Below are positions 27,821 to 37,649 of a stretch of DNA of 64,000 nucleotides, piece by piece. The translations under genes and the position numbers were made by a program. The notes under the pieces were generated by a model, which saw only the letters and a list, made by a program, of their open reading frames with translations, was not told the DNA's origin and ran no database searches. The stretch's first letter is position 1. Each line of letters begins with the position of its first letter. Source of the DNA: an uncultured Clostridia bacterium. GTDB lineage: Bacteria; Bacillota; Clostridia; Christensenellales; UBA1242. The stretch covers positions 221,378 to 285,377 of the forward strand of contig CALVNZ010000001.1 of NCBI GenBank assembly GCA_944350115.1. The letters run 5' to 3'.

Positions 27821-28726
27821 TTATAATTTCTGCAAATATGTGCTTGCGCTTGTTGCAGCAACCGCACCATCTCCACAAGCCGTTGTGAGCTGACGCACTT
27901 TTTTTACACGGCAGTCTCCCGCAACAAACAATCCTTCTGTTTTGGTTTTCATGTTCTCATCACAAACAATGTAACCATCTGGCGACAAATCAACAAGTTT
28001 TTCGAAAAGAGTGTTGTTTGGAACCTGTCCAATAGCCACAAACAACGCTTTTGTGTTGAGCGATAGTTTCCCACCTTCTTTTTTTTCAAAAACAAGACCT
28101 TCAAGTTCATTTTCTCCAACAAGTTCAACAAGTTTGCAATTGTGTGTAACTTTTATATTCTCTTTCTTTTTCAAAGCATCAATGAGATTTTGATCACCGA
28201 AAAACTTATCAAAAAGCGTCACAACATGAACCGACCTGCAATATGAAGATAATAGCAATGCGTATTGAAGAGCCGTGTTGGCATCGCCGATTAAAACGAC
28301 ATCTTCTCCTTTATAAAATGCTCCGTCACAAAGAGCGCAGTAACTAATTCCATGCCCAATCAAAGCTTCTTCATTTTTTAAGTTAAGTTTTCTATGTTCA
28401 ACCCCTGCTGCGATTATCACCGACAAAGCTTCAAGCGTTTCATATTCTGTTTTAACAATAAATATTCCTTGCTCTTTTTTAATCTCTAAAACTTCTCCAA
28501 AAACAAAATCCACACCTTGTTTTGTGATTTGGTCAAACATCCTGTCGGCAAGTTCCGCTCCTGCAATGACATCTATTGTTGGAAAATTTTCAACTCTTGG
28601 AGATTCTGCAATTTGCCCGCCAATGTTGTTTTTTTCTATGATTGTAACTTTCTTTCCGTTTCTTAAAGCATAAAGTGCGGCGGTCATTCCTGCCGCACCT
28701 GCTCCTATAACAATAATGTCTGTCAT
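27821..28726 (-). CDS. Low-Mr thioredoxin-reductase-like flavoprotein lacking canonical NADPH motifs
   Basis: FAD motif IVIGAGAAGMTAALYA, redox CALC (YCALCDG), C-terminal GLFVAGDC. Where TrxR has GGGxxA and HRRxxxR, this reads IGDANTALQYA and VTLFDKFFG. Overlaps the nrdD stop by 4 nt. Confidence 0.75.
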   Translation of the reverse strand: MTDIIVIGAGAAGMTAALYALRNGKKVTIIEKNNIGGQIAESPRVENFPTIDVIAGAELADRMFDQITKQGVDFVFGEVLEIKKEQGIFIVKTEYETLEALSVIIAAGVEHRKLNLKNEEALIGHGISYCALCDGAFYKGEDVVLIGDANTALQYALLLSSYCRSVHVVTLFDKFFGDQNLIDALKKKENIKVTHNCKLVELVGENELEGLVFEKKEGGKLSLNTKALFVAIGQVPNNTLFEKLVDLSPDGYIVCDENMKTKTEGLFVAGDCRVKKVRQLTTACGDGAVAATSASTYLQKL

Positions 28727-31092
28727 GCTCTCTTTTTCAACCCCTCAACAAATCTGTTGACTTCGCTTGCGTTGTCATAAACATCATATCCGTCCTTGTT
28801 TGGAACAAGCAAAGTTGGAGCTTTTTTAACACCAAATTTTGCAACTAACTCCTTGTTTTCTTCTGCATCTATGACTGTGTATTTTACACCTGCTCTATCC
28901 AAAATTGCTTTTGCCATTTTGCAGTTAGGGCAAGTTTTTGTAGCGAACAAAAGGATTTCGTTAAGGTTTGTTGCTTTGTTTTGTTCTTTAGCTTTTTCTT
29001 CACAAACACAATGTTTTTTCAAGTGAGATTTAGACATGTCATAAACTTGTCTATCTTTAAACTCTTCAGCTTTACCATCGTTCCAGTTTTGAACAGGGCG
29101 ATAATAACCAGTGATTCTGCTGTAAACCTCTGTGTGTTCTCCACATTCTGGACAAACATAAACTTCGCCTGTTATATAGCCATGGTTTTTACAAATTGAA
29201 TATGTCGGTGAAATTGTGTAGTATGGAAGCCTATAGTTTTCAGCAATAGTTTTTACAAGGTTTGCCGTTGCTTTCCAGTCGTTAAGCTTTTGTCCCAAGA
29301 ACGCATGGAAAACCGTTCCTGACGTGTAAAGAGTTTGTAGTTCGTCTTGAATATCCAAAGCTTCAAAAATATCTGCTGTATAACCTACAGGTAAATGTGA
29401 GCTGTTTGTATAATATGGTGTTTTCCCTTCTGAAGCAGTAATGATGTCAGGGAAACGCTCTTTATCATGCTTTGCAAGACGATATGCTGTTGATTCAGCA
29501 GGAGTCGCTTCAAGATTGTAAAGATCTCCATATTTTTCCTGATAGTCAGAAAGTCTTTCTCTCATATGGTTGAGCACTTTCTTTGTAAATTCTTGTGCTT
29601 CTTTGTGCGTCATATCACATCTAATCCATTTAGCATTTAAGCAAGCTTCGTTCATGCCAACGAGCCCAATGGTTGAGAAGTGATTGTTGAACCCTCCAAG
29701 ATATCTTTTAGTATAAGGATATAGCCCTGCTTCCAAAAGCTTTGTAATGGTTTCTCTTTTCATTTTTAACGATCTTGCAGAGATATCCATCATGTGATTC
29801 AATCTTTCAAAGAATTCGTCTTCGTCTTTTGATAAATAAGCGATTTTTGGCATATTGATTGTAACAACACCAATAGATCCTGTGCTTTCGCCACTACCAA
29901 AATAGCCACCAGATTTTTTTCTTAATTCTCTTAAATCAAGTCTTAGTCTGCAACACATGCTTCTCACGTCGCTTGGTTCCATATCACTATTGATATAGTT
30001 TGAGAAATATGGTGTGCCGTATTTGGTTGTCATTTCAAAGAGCAACCTGTTGTTTTCTGTGTCAGACCAATCAAAATCTCTTGTAATAGAATATGTTGGA
30101 ATAGGATATTGAAATCCTCTGCCATTTGCGTCGCCTTCTATCATAACTTCAATGAAAGCTTTGTTTATCATGGCCATTTCCTTTACACAATCTTTATATT
30201 TAAAGTTTTGTTCTTTTCCCCCAACAATCGCTGGAAGCTCTGCCAAATCATTTGGAACAACCCAGTCAAGCGTTATGTTTGTGAAAGGCGCTTGAGTCCC
30301 CCATCTTGATGGAGTGTTGACTCCGTAAACAAAAGATTGTATGCATTGTTTCACTTCTTTATATGTTAAATTATCAATTTTAACAAAAGGAGCGAGATAT
30401 GTGTCAAACGATGAAAAAGCTTGCGCCCCTGCCCATTCGTTTTGCATAATTCCTAAAAAGTTTACCATTTGGTTGCAAAGAGTTGAAAGGTGAGATGCTG
30501 GTGTGGAAGAAATTTTTCCAGGAACTCCACCAAGACCTTCTTTGATAAGTTGCTTTAAAGACCATCCAGCACAGTAACCTGTAAGCATTGAAAGGTCATG
30601 AAGGTGAATGTCGCAATTTTTGTGAGCTTGCCCAATCTCTTTGTCATAAACTTCGTTAAGCCAATAGTTTGCCGTCATCGCACCAGAGTTAGAAAGAATA
30701 AGTCCACCAACAGAATATGTCACTGTCGAGTTTTCTTTAACTCTCCAGTCTGAAAGTTTAAGATACTTATCAATTGTGTTTTTGTAATCCATAAGCGTCT
30801 CAGAAACATTTCTCATCTTTTCATGTTGCTTTCTATATAGAATATAACATTTAGCCACATTTTCAAATCCGTTTTTCATGAGAACTTTTTCAACAATGTC
30901 TTGAATGTCCTCAACGCTAGGAAGCTTGTTTTCAAATTTTTCCGTAAGTTCGAGTTCTGTTATTTTTGCAAGTTTTCTTGCGTCTCTCACATCTCCTTCC
31001 CCAAGAGACATCATAGCTTTTACGATTGCGTTTTCAATTTTGGTGATGTCAAAGTCAACAATCCTTCCATCTCTTTTAATAATTTTGTCCAT
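28723..31092 (-). CDS. nrdD: Anaerobic (class III) ribonucleoside-triphosphate reductase with a C-terminal thioredoxin/glutaredoxin-like domain
   Basis: ATP-cone MDKIIKRDGRIVDFDITKIENAI, zinc site CPECGE, glycyl-radical motif SRITGYYRPV. An extra roughly 85-aa tail follows: ILLFATKTCPNCKMAKAILDRAGVKYTVIDAEEN...APTLLVP (CxxC thioredoxin fold). Confidence 0.9.
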   Translation of the reverse strand: MDKIIKRDGRIVDFDITKIENAIVKAMMSLGEGDVRDARKLAKITELELTEKFENKLPSVEDIQDIVEKVLMKNGFENVAKCYILYRKQHEKMRNVSETLMDYKNTIDKYLKLSDWRVKENSTVTYSVGGLILSNSGAMTANYWLNEVYDKEIGQAHKNCDIHLHDLSMLTGYCAGWSLKQLIKEGLGGVPGKISSTPASHLSTLCNQMVNFLGIMQNEWAGAQAFSSFDTYLAPFVKIDNLTYKEVKQCIQSFVYGVNTPSRWGTQAPFTNITLDWVVPNDLAELPAIVGGKEQNFKYKDCVKEMAMINKAFIEVMIEGDANGRGFQYPIPTYSITRDFDWSDTENNRLLFEMTTKYGTPYFSNYINSDMEPSDVRSMCCRLRLDLRELRKKSGGYFGSGESTGSIGVVTINMPKIAYLSKDEDEFFERLNHMMDISARSLKMKRETITKLLEAGLYPYTKRYLGGFNNHFSTIGLVGMNEACLNAKWIRCDMTHKEAQEFTKKVLNHMRERLSDYQEKYGDLYNLEATPAESTAYRLAKHDKERFPDIITASEGKTPYYTNSSHLPVGYTADIFEALDIQDELQTLYTSGTVFHAFLGQKLNDWKATANLVKTIAENYRLPYYTISPTYSICKNHGYITGEVYVCPECGEHTEVYSRITGYYRPVQNWNDGKAEEFKDRQVYDMSKSHLKKHCVCEEKAKEQNKATNLNEILLFATKTCPNCKMAKAILDRAGVKYTVIDAEENKELVAKFGVKKAPTLLVPNKDGYDVYDNASEVNRFVEGLKKRA

Positions 31093-31160
31093 ACTCTTTT
31101 CTCCTTTTGTGTTTTTAGTAATTTTGCCACAATTTCCGCAGCTGATATTATGTTAGCACA

Positions 31161-31208
31161 ACACAATATATTGTGTCAACTGTTTTTTCAAAATATAATA
31201 TATTGTGT
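31161..31208. promoter_or_regulatory. Tandem NrdR boxes overlapping the nrdD promoter
   Basis: Box 1 ACACAATATATTGTGT (31161-31176) is a perfect 16-bp palindrome. Box 2 ATATAATATATTGTGT (31193-31208) has a degenerate left half. Centres are 32 bp apart. The minus-strand -35 TTGACA (31179-31174) abuts box 1. Confidence 0.7.
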
Positions 31209-31401
31209 TTTTATGCATTTTTATGAAAAATTTTTTGTGATAGGAAAAAGGCTTGATTTTTTGCCATATTCATTATAAAAACATAAATTTTTATATAATT
31301 TTTTATTAATGTTTTGTCTCTAAATTGTCACTTTTTAACGCAAAAACTTTCATTTTTTTGCATAAAATTTTCGCGCTTGTCTTTCAAATTTTTTCAATAT
31401 C

Positions 31402-31430
31402 TTGATTTTTTCCAAACTTATGATTATAAT
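31402..31430 (+). promoter_or_regulatory. Probable promoter of the 31447 gene
   Basis: TTGATT(31402-31407), 17 nt, TATAAT(31425-31430), followed by AGGAG and GTG 31447. Confidence 0.5.
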
Positions 31431-31446
31431 TTTTTTAGGAGCAATC

Positions 31447-32685
31447 GTGAAAAGAATTGAAAAATATTTTCAAACGCAAGACTTGCCTGTTTTAAAAATT
31501 TCTCAAAGTGCGTATGACAGACAAGTAAAATTATTAACAAAATACATATCTAATAACAAGTGCTTTTTATTAAAAGACACTTATGCTTTAATTAGATCAA
31601 TTTTTCAACATAACCCTTTTGTGCCTGAACTACAAGCTTTTGCAAAAATAGAATTAGACACTTCATACATAGATTCTGGTTTATTAGAAAAAGATTTTGA
31701 TTCTATCGCAGAATTTGTGCCAACAAAATCACTCCATGTGCCATTATTTAAAATAAACATAAACTCACCCTATCTACAAACTTCAATAAACAATGACGAT
31801 TGGAGCATTCTTTTACAAACAATCGGACATGAATATGGCCATTATTTACAATGGATATTAATTTCTACAAAACCAACAAAAAAAAGAACTGCTGTTAAAG
31901 CACAAGATCTCAAAGACAATATTTTTGAAAACTTTTTAACTTATCAAGAAGTTTTTGATTGTGCTTATTATGTGACTAACGACACATTGTTTGCTCGCCA
32001 CCTTGCAGAAAATATTGCTTGTCATTATTATGAAAAAAGAAAGTATGAAGAAGAGGCGGAATCATTTGGCTTGCGCTTTGCAAAAAAATTATTAAAAACT
32101 TGGAAAAAAACCGCGTCGTCAAAAGATTTAAAAACATGGTGCAACAAACAACTATTGCTTTGTGATAAAAACAAATTAAAAGATTTTTATATAAAACAAA
32201 AAAATGTCTTACATGATGCACCTGTTTATAGAGCTTTTATTAAAATAATGAACAAAATAGATTACAGCTCTTTTATTAATATAGTTTCAACCCCTGCTGA
32301 GATTTTATTTACCGACAACCCTTTCTTGTTAGAACTTGAAGCGCCTTCACAACAAGAACTTGCAACCAGAAAAGATAATTTTTTGCGAGCAATTATGCAA
32401 TCAAAAAAAGACGAGGAATATTTGAAATTTTTTAATTCGGCTTTGAAAGATGAAAATTATGAAGCAGTAAAATTCTTAATATCCTTTATGCCAAGTTGCG
32501 CAAGCAAGCCAAAATCTCAAAAACAAATTTCAGAAAAGCTTTTTCAGGCTACAGAAAGCCAAGACAAACGAACTTTGCTTATATCTCCACAAGAACGAGT
32601 GAAAGAGCTACTCAAGAAAAACGAATTTGATCAGCTAACTAAATACTTGCTCCATTCTGAAAATTTAAAAATATCGTCTCGTTAA
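31447..32685 (+). CDS. Hypothetical protein with an HExxH motif (possible metallopeptidase-like)
   Basis: GTG start 6 nt after AGGAG; the track's ATG at 31402 lies within the promoter. TIGHEYGHYLQW contains HEYGH. Confidence 0.5.
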   Translation: MKRIEKYFQTQDLPVLKISQSAYDRQVKLLTKYISNNKCFLLKDTYALIRSIFQHNPFVPELQAFAKIELDTSYIDSGLLEKDFDSIAEFVPTKSLHVPLFKININSPYLQTSINNDDWSILLQTIGHEYGHYLQWILISTKPTKKRTAVKAQDLKDNIFENFLTYQEVFDCAYYVTNDTLFARHLAENIACHYYEKRKYEEEAESFGLRFAKKLLKTWKKTASSKDLKTWCNKQLLLCDKNKLKDFYIKQKNVLHDAPVYRAFIKIMNKIDYSSFINIVSTPAEILFTDNPFLLELEAPSQQELATRKDNFLRAIMQSKKDEEYLKFFNSALKDENYEAVKFLISFMPSCASKPKSQKQISEKLFQATESQDKRTLLISPQERVKELLKKNEFDQLTKYLLHSENLKISSR

Positions 32686-32783
32686 AGAAAAAAGACGAAA
32701 TTTTTGTCTTTTTTTTATTTTTTTTGTCAGTTTTAAATAATTTTTTTTCATTTTCTTAATCTATCTGATGTATAGGAGGTTTT

Positions 32784-33545
32784 ATGAAAAAAAATATATT
32801 CTTTTTAAGCATTCTTTGTTTAACTCTATTCGCGTCTTTATCCTTTGCCGAATTATCTGTTTCCCCAAAGTTAATTTCTTTTGCTGACATCACTCAAAAT
32901 GAAACTGTAGATTCAATAGAAGAATCTATTGAAAACCCTGCTTCGACAGAAGCTAAAACCATTTTAGTAAGTGGCTCTGCGACAATTAAAATTTCACCAA
33001 ACACAGCAAATGTGTCAATGGGCGTTGACTCTTGTGGCGAAACACTTTCTCAAGTTTTAGAAGAAACAAATCAAAAGCTTGCCGAAATGATTGAGTTCCT
33101 TAAAACTAATAATATCGAAGAATCCTGCATTAAAACTCAAAATTTTAGTATTTATCAAAGACATGACTCTTCTTCAACAGAAAAAAGCCAAATTTATTGT
33201 GTAAATTCAATGTTAGAATTTTCGACCAAAGATTTGGCTTCGATTGAAGATTTAATTTCTGGTTTAACTGATTTAGGCGCAAACAGATTAAATGGAATTA
33301 GTTTTACTGCGGACGACTTGTCTCAATATTATAACGACGCATTAAAACAAGCATTAGAAAATGCAGAAAGCAAAGCAAGTGCACTTGTTGAAGGCGATCT
33401 CGTTGCTTGTTTTATAAAAGAAGATTGCACTCACTCTTACATGCCTTTACGAACTTTATCTTCTTTTGAGCAAAAATCAAGTATTGCACCGGGCGCTATT
33501 GAAGTAAGCGCAAAAGTTTTGGTAAAATTTAAAACAGTTGTATAA
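32784..33545 (+). CDS. Secreted SIMPL/DUF541-like protein
   Basis: Signal peptide MKKNIFFLSILCLTLFASLSFA. ILVSGSATIKISPNTANVSMGV and the C-terminal IEVSAKVLVKF pattern recall the SIMPL family. Confidence 0.55.
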   Translation: MKKNIFFLSILCLTLFASLSFAELSVSPKLISFADITQNETVDSIEESIENPASTEAKTILVSGSATIKISPNTANVSMGVDSCGETLSQVLEETNQKLAEMIEFLKTNNIEESCIKTQNFSIYQRHDSSSTEKSQIYCVNSMLEFSTKDLASIEDLISGLTDLGANRLNGISFTADDLSQYYNDALKQALENAESKASALVEGDLVACFIKEDCTHSYMPLRTLSSFEQKSSIAPGAIEVSAKVLVKFKTVV

Positions 33546-33613
33546 TGATATAGAATATATTGATAATTTAATTCATAAAATTAATTGTCATATAATAAAA
33601 AAGGAGGGGTAAC

Positions 33614-33838
33614 ATGATTTCTACATTAGACAATTTGCCAAAATGGGGAAAACTGCTTTTGGCGCTACCTGTCTTAGATATAGTCTGGGTTGTTTACAGA
33701 CTTGTTCGAAGCATTGAAAAGAAAAACACTTTAGGGATCATATTGGCTGCTGTTTTGATTGTCGTTGGGATTCCATTTATGTGGCTAATAGACTTCATCA
33801 CGTTGCTATTGCAAGACAGAATTTATTGGATAGATTAA
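33614..33838 (+). CDS. Small two-TM membrane protein
   Basis: 74-aa ORF after GGAGGGG. Two hydrophobic helices. Confidence 0.5.
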   Translation: MISTLDNLPKWGKLLLALPVLDIVWVVYRLVRSIEKKNTLGIILAAVLIVVGIPFMWLIDFITLLLQDRIYWID

Positions 33839-33852
33839 AAATAGCGAAGATT

Positions 33853-34605
33853 TTACTCTTCGCTGTTTTTTATTTTCGCATCTAATAGTTTTTCCAAACT
33901 TTTTTGATTAACGATCGCTTTGGTCTCAAACTCGTCGTGTTTTAATTTTATAAAAAATGAATAAATTAATCCATTTTTATAATAATTTTCATTATTTTTA
34001 TCAATTTTTTCACTATTTTTTATTATTTTTATAATAAAATCAGAAAAATAACTGCAAAATATATTTTTTTGATCGATTACGTAAGCTAAAGAATTGCCTA
34101 AAAAAATATATTTTTCATTTATTATAAATCCTGTTTGTGAACCAAAAAATTTTTGATTTTCAAAATTTAATTTTTCTTTTTTTACATTAAAAATTTCCAA
34201 ATATTTGTTATTTTTATTGTTAATTTTTAATTCATCTTTAAATTCATAAATCTCACAATCTTTTTTTAACTTTTTTAGTTCATTTTTTAATTGCTCAACA
34301 TTTTTCGTCTGTTTGATTTGGTTTAACACTTCATAATTTGTTTTTATCTTTTCAACAACAGTTATATTGTGTTTTAAGTTTTCTTCTGTCAAAACCTTTG
34401 GCTTAACAAAACTTTTATATTGATCAAAACTAAATTCTATATTTAATTTTTTCAACTTCTTTGAAAGTTTTGAAAGTTTTGTATTGTAATTTTTTATTAA
34501 CAATTCAGAAACAATTGTTGGTGTTTTTAATTTTTTTTCAAAAACAAAGTAAAGAATTAAACAAATCACCATTAATCCAAAAATTATTATTCCGTACCAC
34601 ATCAA
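33853..34605 (-). CDS. Membrane-anchored K/N-rich hypothetical protein
   Basis: 250-aa ORF with N-terminal TM helix WYGIIIFGLMVICLILYFVF. Confidence 0.5.
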   Translation of the reverse strand: MMWYGIIIFGLMVICLILYFVFEKKLKTPTIVSELLIKNYNTKLSKLSKKLKKLNIEFSFDQYKSFVKPKVLTEENLKHNITVVEKIKTNYEVLNQIKQTKNVEQLKNELKKLKKDCEIYEFKDELKINNKNNKYLEIFNVKKEKLNFENQKFFGSQTGFIINEKYIFLGNSLAYVIDQKNIFCSYFSDFIIKIIKNSEKIDKNNENYYKNGLIYSFFIKLKHDEFETKAIVNQKSLEKLLDAKIKNSEE

Positions 34606-34673
34606 CTTTTTTCTCCATAAAAAACATTTCCCTTCAATAATTAGGGAAATATTTTTGTATTTTTATATATTTA

Positions 34674-35213
34674 TTAAAAATCTTCATTAAAAAGTTCAAA
34701 ATATGCTTGTGGGTGATTGCAAACCGGACAAACTTTTGGTGCTTCGTCTCCAACATAAATATGTCCGCAATTTCGACAAATCCACACTCTTTTTTGTGTT
34801 TTCTTAAACACTTTCTTTTCTTTGACAAGTTCTGCGAGTTTTCTGTATCTTTCTTCATGTCTTTTTTCAATAGCAGCAACACCAGCGAATTTTGCAGCAA
34901 TTTCCAAAAAGCCTTCTTCTTTCGCTTCTTTTGCCATTCTTTCGTACATATCCGTCCATTCTCCATGTTCCCCAGCGGCTGCATCCAACAAGTTTTCTAA
35001 TGTTGAAGGAACATCGCCACCATGAAGGTATTTAAACCAAAGTTTTGCGTGTTCTTTTTCGTTTCCTGATGTGATTTGAAAAATTTCAGCTATTTGTTCA
35101 TACCCTTCTTTTTTCGCCTTTGACGAATAGTATAAATATTTATTTGTAGCTTGGCTTTCTCCTGCAAAAGCCTCTTTTAAGTTTTGTTCTGTTTTTGATC
35201 CTTCGAGTTTCAT
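34674..35213 (-). CDS. rbr: Rubrerythrin
   Basis: [25 protein letters not shown], and a C-terminal rubredoxin-like CRNCG...CPVCNHP. Confidence 0.9.
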   Translation of the reverse strand: MKLEGSKTEQNLKEAFAGESQATNKYLYYSSKAKKEGYEQIAEIFQITSGNEKEHAKLWFKYLHGGDVPSTLENLLDAAAGEHGEWTDMYERMAKEAKEEGFLEIAAKFAGVAAIEKRHEERYRKLAELVKEKKVFKKTQKRVWICRNCGHIYVGDEAPKVCPVCNHPQAYFELFNEDF

Positions 35214-35688
35214 TTTTGTTTTCCTCCTTTAATTCTGTATCTATTTTACTATTTATTAAATTTTTTGTCAACTTATTTTTAATAAATAATTGGTTGGTTT
35301 TAAATAATAAAAGTTATTTTTACATAACTATAAAGTTGATATTGATTTAGTTTTTACAAACCCTTGTATCTTTTTTAAAACAAATTGTAGATAAGGTTTC
35401 TAAGGCTCTAAAAACATTTTTATCTTTGCAACAATGTCACATCATGTTTTTATTTTATTGCGATTTTTTTCATTAAAGGCTTGGTTTCGTTTTATTATGT
35501 TTACAAATGATTAATATCCTATAATGCTTTAAACAAAAAAACAAATTTTACAAATGTGTTTTATTTATAATGTCTTTGCTTAATGTTTCTATTTGTTTCG
35601 AAAATAGTCCTGAAGCTTGCTTATTTGTTTTAATCAGCCTTGTTTCTCGTTTTTTTATAAATGTTTTGTTCTGCATTGCTTTTATTTT

Positions 35689-35792
35689 ATTGTTTAGCTT
35701 TATTGTTTAGCTTTATTATTTAGCTTTATTGTTTAGCTTTATTGTTTAGCTTTATTGTTTAGCTTTATTGTTTAGCTTTATTGTTTAGCTTT
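35689..35792. repeat. Tandem array, 8 copies of the 13-bp unit ATTGTTTAGCTTT
   Basis: Counted by hand: units start at 35689, 35702, 35715 (variant ATTATTTAGCTTT), 35728, 35741, 35754, 35767 and 35780. A ninth, partial unit (ATTGTTT, 35793-35799) runs directly into parS-1. Confidence 0.95.
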
Positions 35793-35794
35793 AT

Positions 35795-35810
35795 TGTTTC
35801 ACGTGAAACA
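35795..35810. promoter_or_regulatory. parS site 1 (ParB-binding centromere-like palindrome)
   Basis: TGTTTCACGTGAAACA, a perfect match to the Bacillus-type consensus TGTTNCACGTGAAACA. Confidence 0.85.
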
Positions 35811-35830
35811 TTTTCTAAAACAAAAAAAGA

Positions 35831-35846
35831 TGTTTCACGTGAAACA
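35831..35846. promoter_or_regulatory. parS site 2
   Basis: A second identical TGTTTCACGTGAAACA, 36 bp from the first (start to start) and 23 bp downstream of the parB stop. Confidence 0.85.
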
Positions 35847-35868
35847 TCTTCGACTTTCTGTTTTCCAC

Positions 35869-36768
35869 TTATTTCTTTTCAAGAAGCGTAATCATATCAG
35901 CAATTCTGTCTAAATCATCTCTGTTGTAATAATCAATATATATTCTTCCTTTGTCGTCATTGCCAATTGCAGAAACCTTTGTCCCTAAAACTCTTTGCAT
36001 AGTTTGAATTAATTCTCTTAATTCAATAGATTGATTTGGCTTAAATTTGGTAATTGTAACAGGGTGCTGAAGTTTTTTTACTGCTTTTTCCAGTTCTCTG
36101 ACAGTCCATTTGTCTTTGATGGCCTGATTTGCTAGTTTTACTTGAAGCAAATGATCTTCAACAACAACCAACGCCCTTGCATGACCTGACGACAACTTTC
36201 CTTCTTCAACCATTGTCATAACATCAGGATATAAGGTTAAAAGTCTTAAAACGTTTGCAATGTTTGGTCTGCTTTTACCAATCCTTTCTGCAACAGCTTC
36301 TTGTGTAAGATTATATTCTTCCATAAGCTGTTTAATCGCTCTTGCGGCTTCGATTGGGTTTAAATCTTCTCTTTGTAAGTTTTCAATTATTGCAATTTCT
36401 TTTATTTGTTTATCAGAATACTTCTTTATTACAGCAGGTATTTTTTCCAAGCCGGCTTTTCTTGCCGCCCTAAATCTTCTTTCTCCTGCGATGATGATGT
36501 ATGTTCCATCTTCATTGTCGTTTATAACAATCGGCTGAATAACTCCGTGCAATCTTATTGAAGCTGCAAGCTCATTTAAAGCATCCTCGTCAAAATGTTT
36601 TCTTGGTTGGTTTGGATTTGTTTTGATCAAATTCATGTCAACCATGTCAACGCCACCCTTTGTGTTTAGCGTCGCTGTTTTCGGAGCTGGATTTGTTTGT
36701 TCAACTTCCTCGTCGTACATAGCAAACAAGGACTCTAAACCTCTTCCTAAACCTTTCTTAATAGCCAT
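35869..36768 (-). CDS. parB: Chromosome partitioning protein ParB/Spo0J
   Basis: MAIKKGLGRGLESLF, NPNQPRK, IIAGERRFRAA, HTH region LTQEAVAERIGKSRPNIAN. Confidence 0.95.
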   Translation of the reverse strand: MAIKKGLGRGLESLFAMYDEEVEQTNPAPKTATLNTKGGVDMVDMNLIKTNPNQPRKHFDEDALNELAASIRLHGVIQPIVINDNEDGTYIIIAGERRFRAARKAGLEKIPAVIKKYSDKQIKEIAIIENLQREDLNPIEAARAIKQLMEEYNLTQEAVAERIGKSRPNIANVLRLLTLYPDVMTMVEEGKLSSGHARALVVVEDHLLQVKLANQAIKDKWTVRELEKAVKKLQHPVTITKFKPNQSIELRELIQTMQRVLGTKVSAIGNDDKGRIYIDYYNRDDLDRIADMITLLEKK

Positions 36769-37589
36769 TAGTTTTGCCCTCCTCTTAGCTTGATTTTGGT
36801 ATGTTTGGTTATGTTTTTATACTTAATTTTGTTTCTGTTTAAAAACTCTTCTGCTAGTGATAAATACGCTTCTGCTCCTTTTGATGCAGGATCATAAAGC
36901 ACAATTGGCAATCCATGACTTGGGGCTTCAGCAAGCCTTATGTTTCTAGGAATATATGTGTTGTATACTTTGCTTTTAAAAAACCTGATTATCTCTTGGC
37001 TTACTTGATTGATTAAGTTTGACCTGTTATCTTTCATCGTCCTTACAACTCCTTCTACATCTAGTTCTGGGTTAAGATGAAGTTTAACAAGCCTAATAGT
37101 GTTCATGAGTTGAGTTAAACCGTCCAAAGCATAAAACTCACACTGCATTGGAATTATAACGCTGTCAGAAGTTGTTAAAGCATTTACAGTTAAAAGCCCT
37201 AACGACGGTTGACAGTCAATCATTATGAAATCATAACTTTCTTTCACTTCTTCTAATATGTTTTTCAATATTTTTTCTCTGTTTGGTTTAGAAACCAACG
37301 ATATTTCTGCCGCTGCCAGGTCCACTGTTGAAGGAATAATATCAAGGTTCTCAATTTTTGTTTGAATGATTGCTTCGTCAATAGGGCACTCGTTGTCTAT
37401 TAAATCATAAATGGTTTTTAAACCTTTTTTCTTTTCAATTCCAACTCCGCTTGTGGCATTTCCTTGCGGGTCAAGATCTAAGATTAACACCTTTTGCCCC
37501 ATAACAGCCAAATAAGCAGACAAGTTTACACAGGTTGTGGTTTTGCCAACTCCACCTTTTTGATTCGTAAAAGAAATAATTTTAGCCAT
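36768..37589 (-). CDS. parA: Chromosome partitioning ATPase ParA/Soj
   Basis: Deviant Walker A NQKGGVGKTTT, DLDPQGN, IDCQPSLG. Confidence 0.95.
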   Translation of the reverse strand: MAKIISFTNQKGGVGKTTTCVNLSAYLAVMGQKVLILDLDPQGNATSGVGIEKKKGLKTIYDLIDNECPIDEAIIQTKIENLDIIPSTVDLAAAEISLVSKPNREKILKNILEEVKESYDFIMIDCQPSLGLLTVNALTTSDSVIIPMQCEFYALDGLTQLMNTIRLVKLHLNPELDVEGVVRTMKDNRSNLINQVSQEIIRFFKSKVYNTYIPRNIRLAEAPSHGLPIVLYDPASKGAEAYLSLAEEFLNRNKIKYKNITKHTKIKLRGGQN

Positions 37590-37649
37590 AACAAACCTCT
37601 TTTGTTAATTTTTTATAAGTATAACACATAATTTTGCGTTTGAAAAGCA

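Noticed and set aside
34634-34984. 116-aa minus-strand ORF overlapping rubrerythrin.
   Set aside because: It is out of frame within the strongly supported rbr gene and has a K-rich, low-complexity translation.
35689-35792. The tandem repeat could be a CRISPR array.
   Set aside because: The 13-bp units are directly abutting with no spacers, and no cas genes are nearby.
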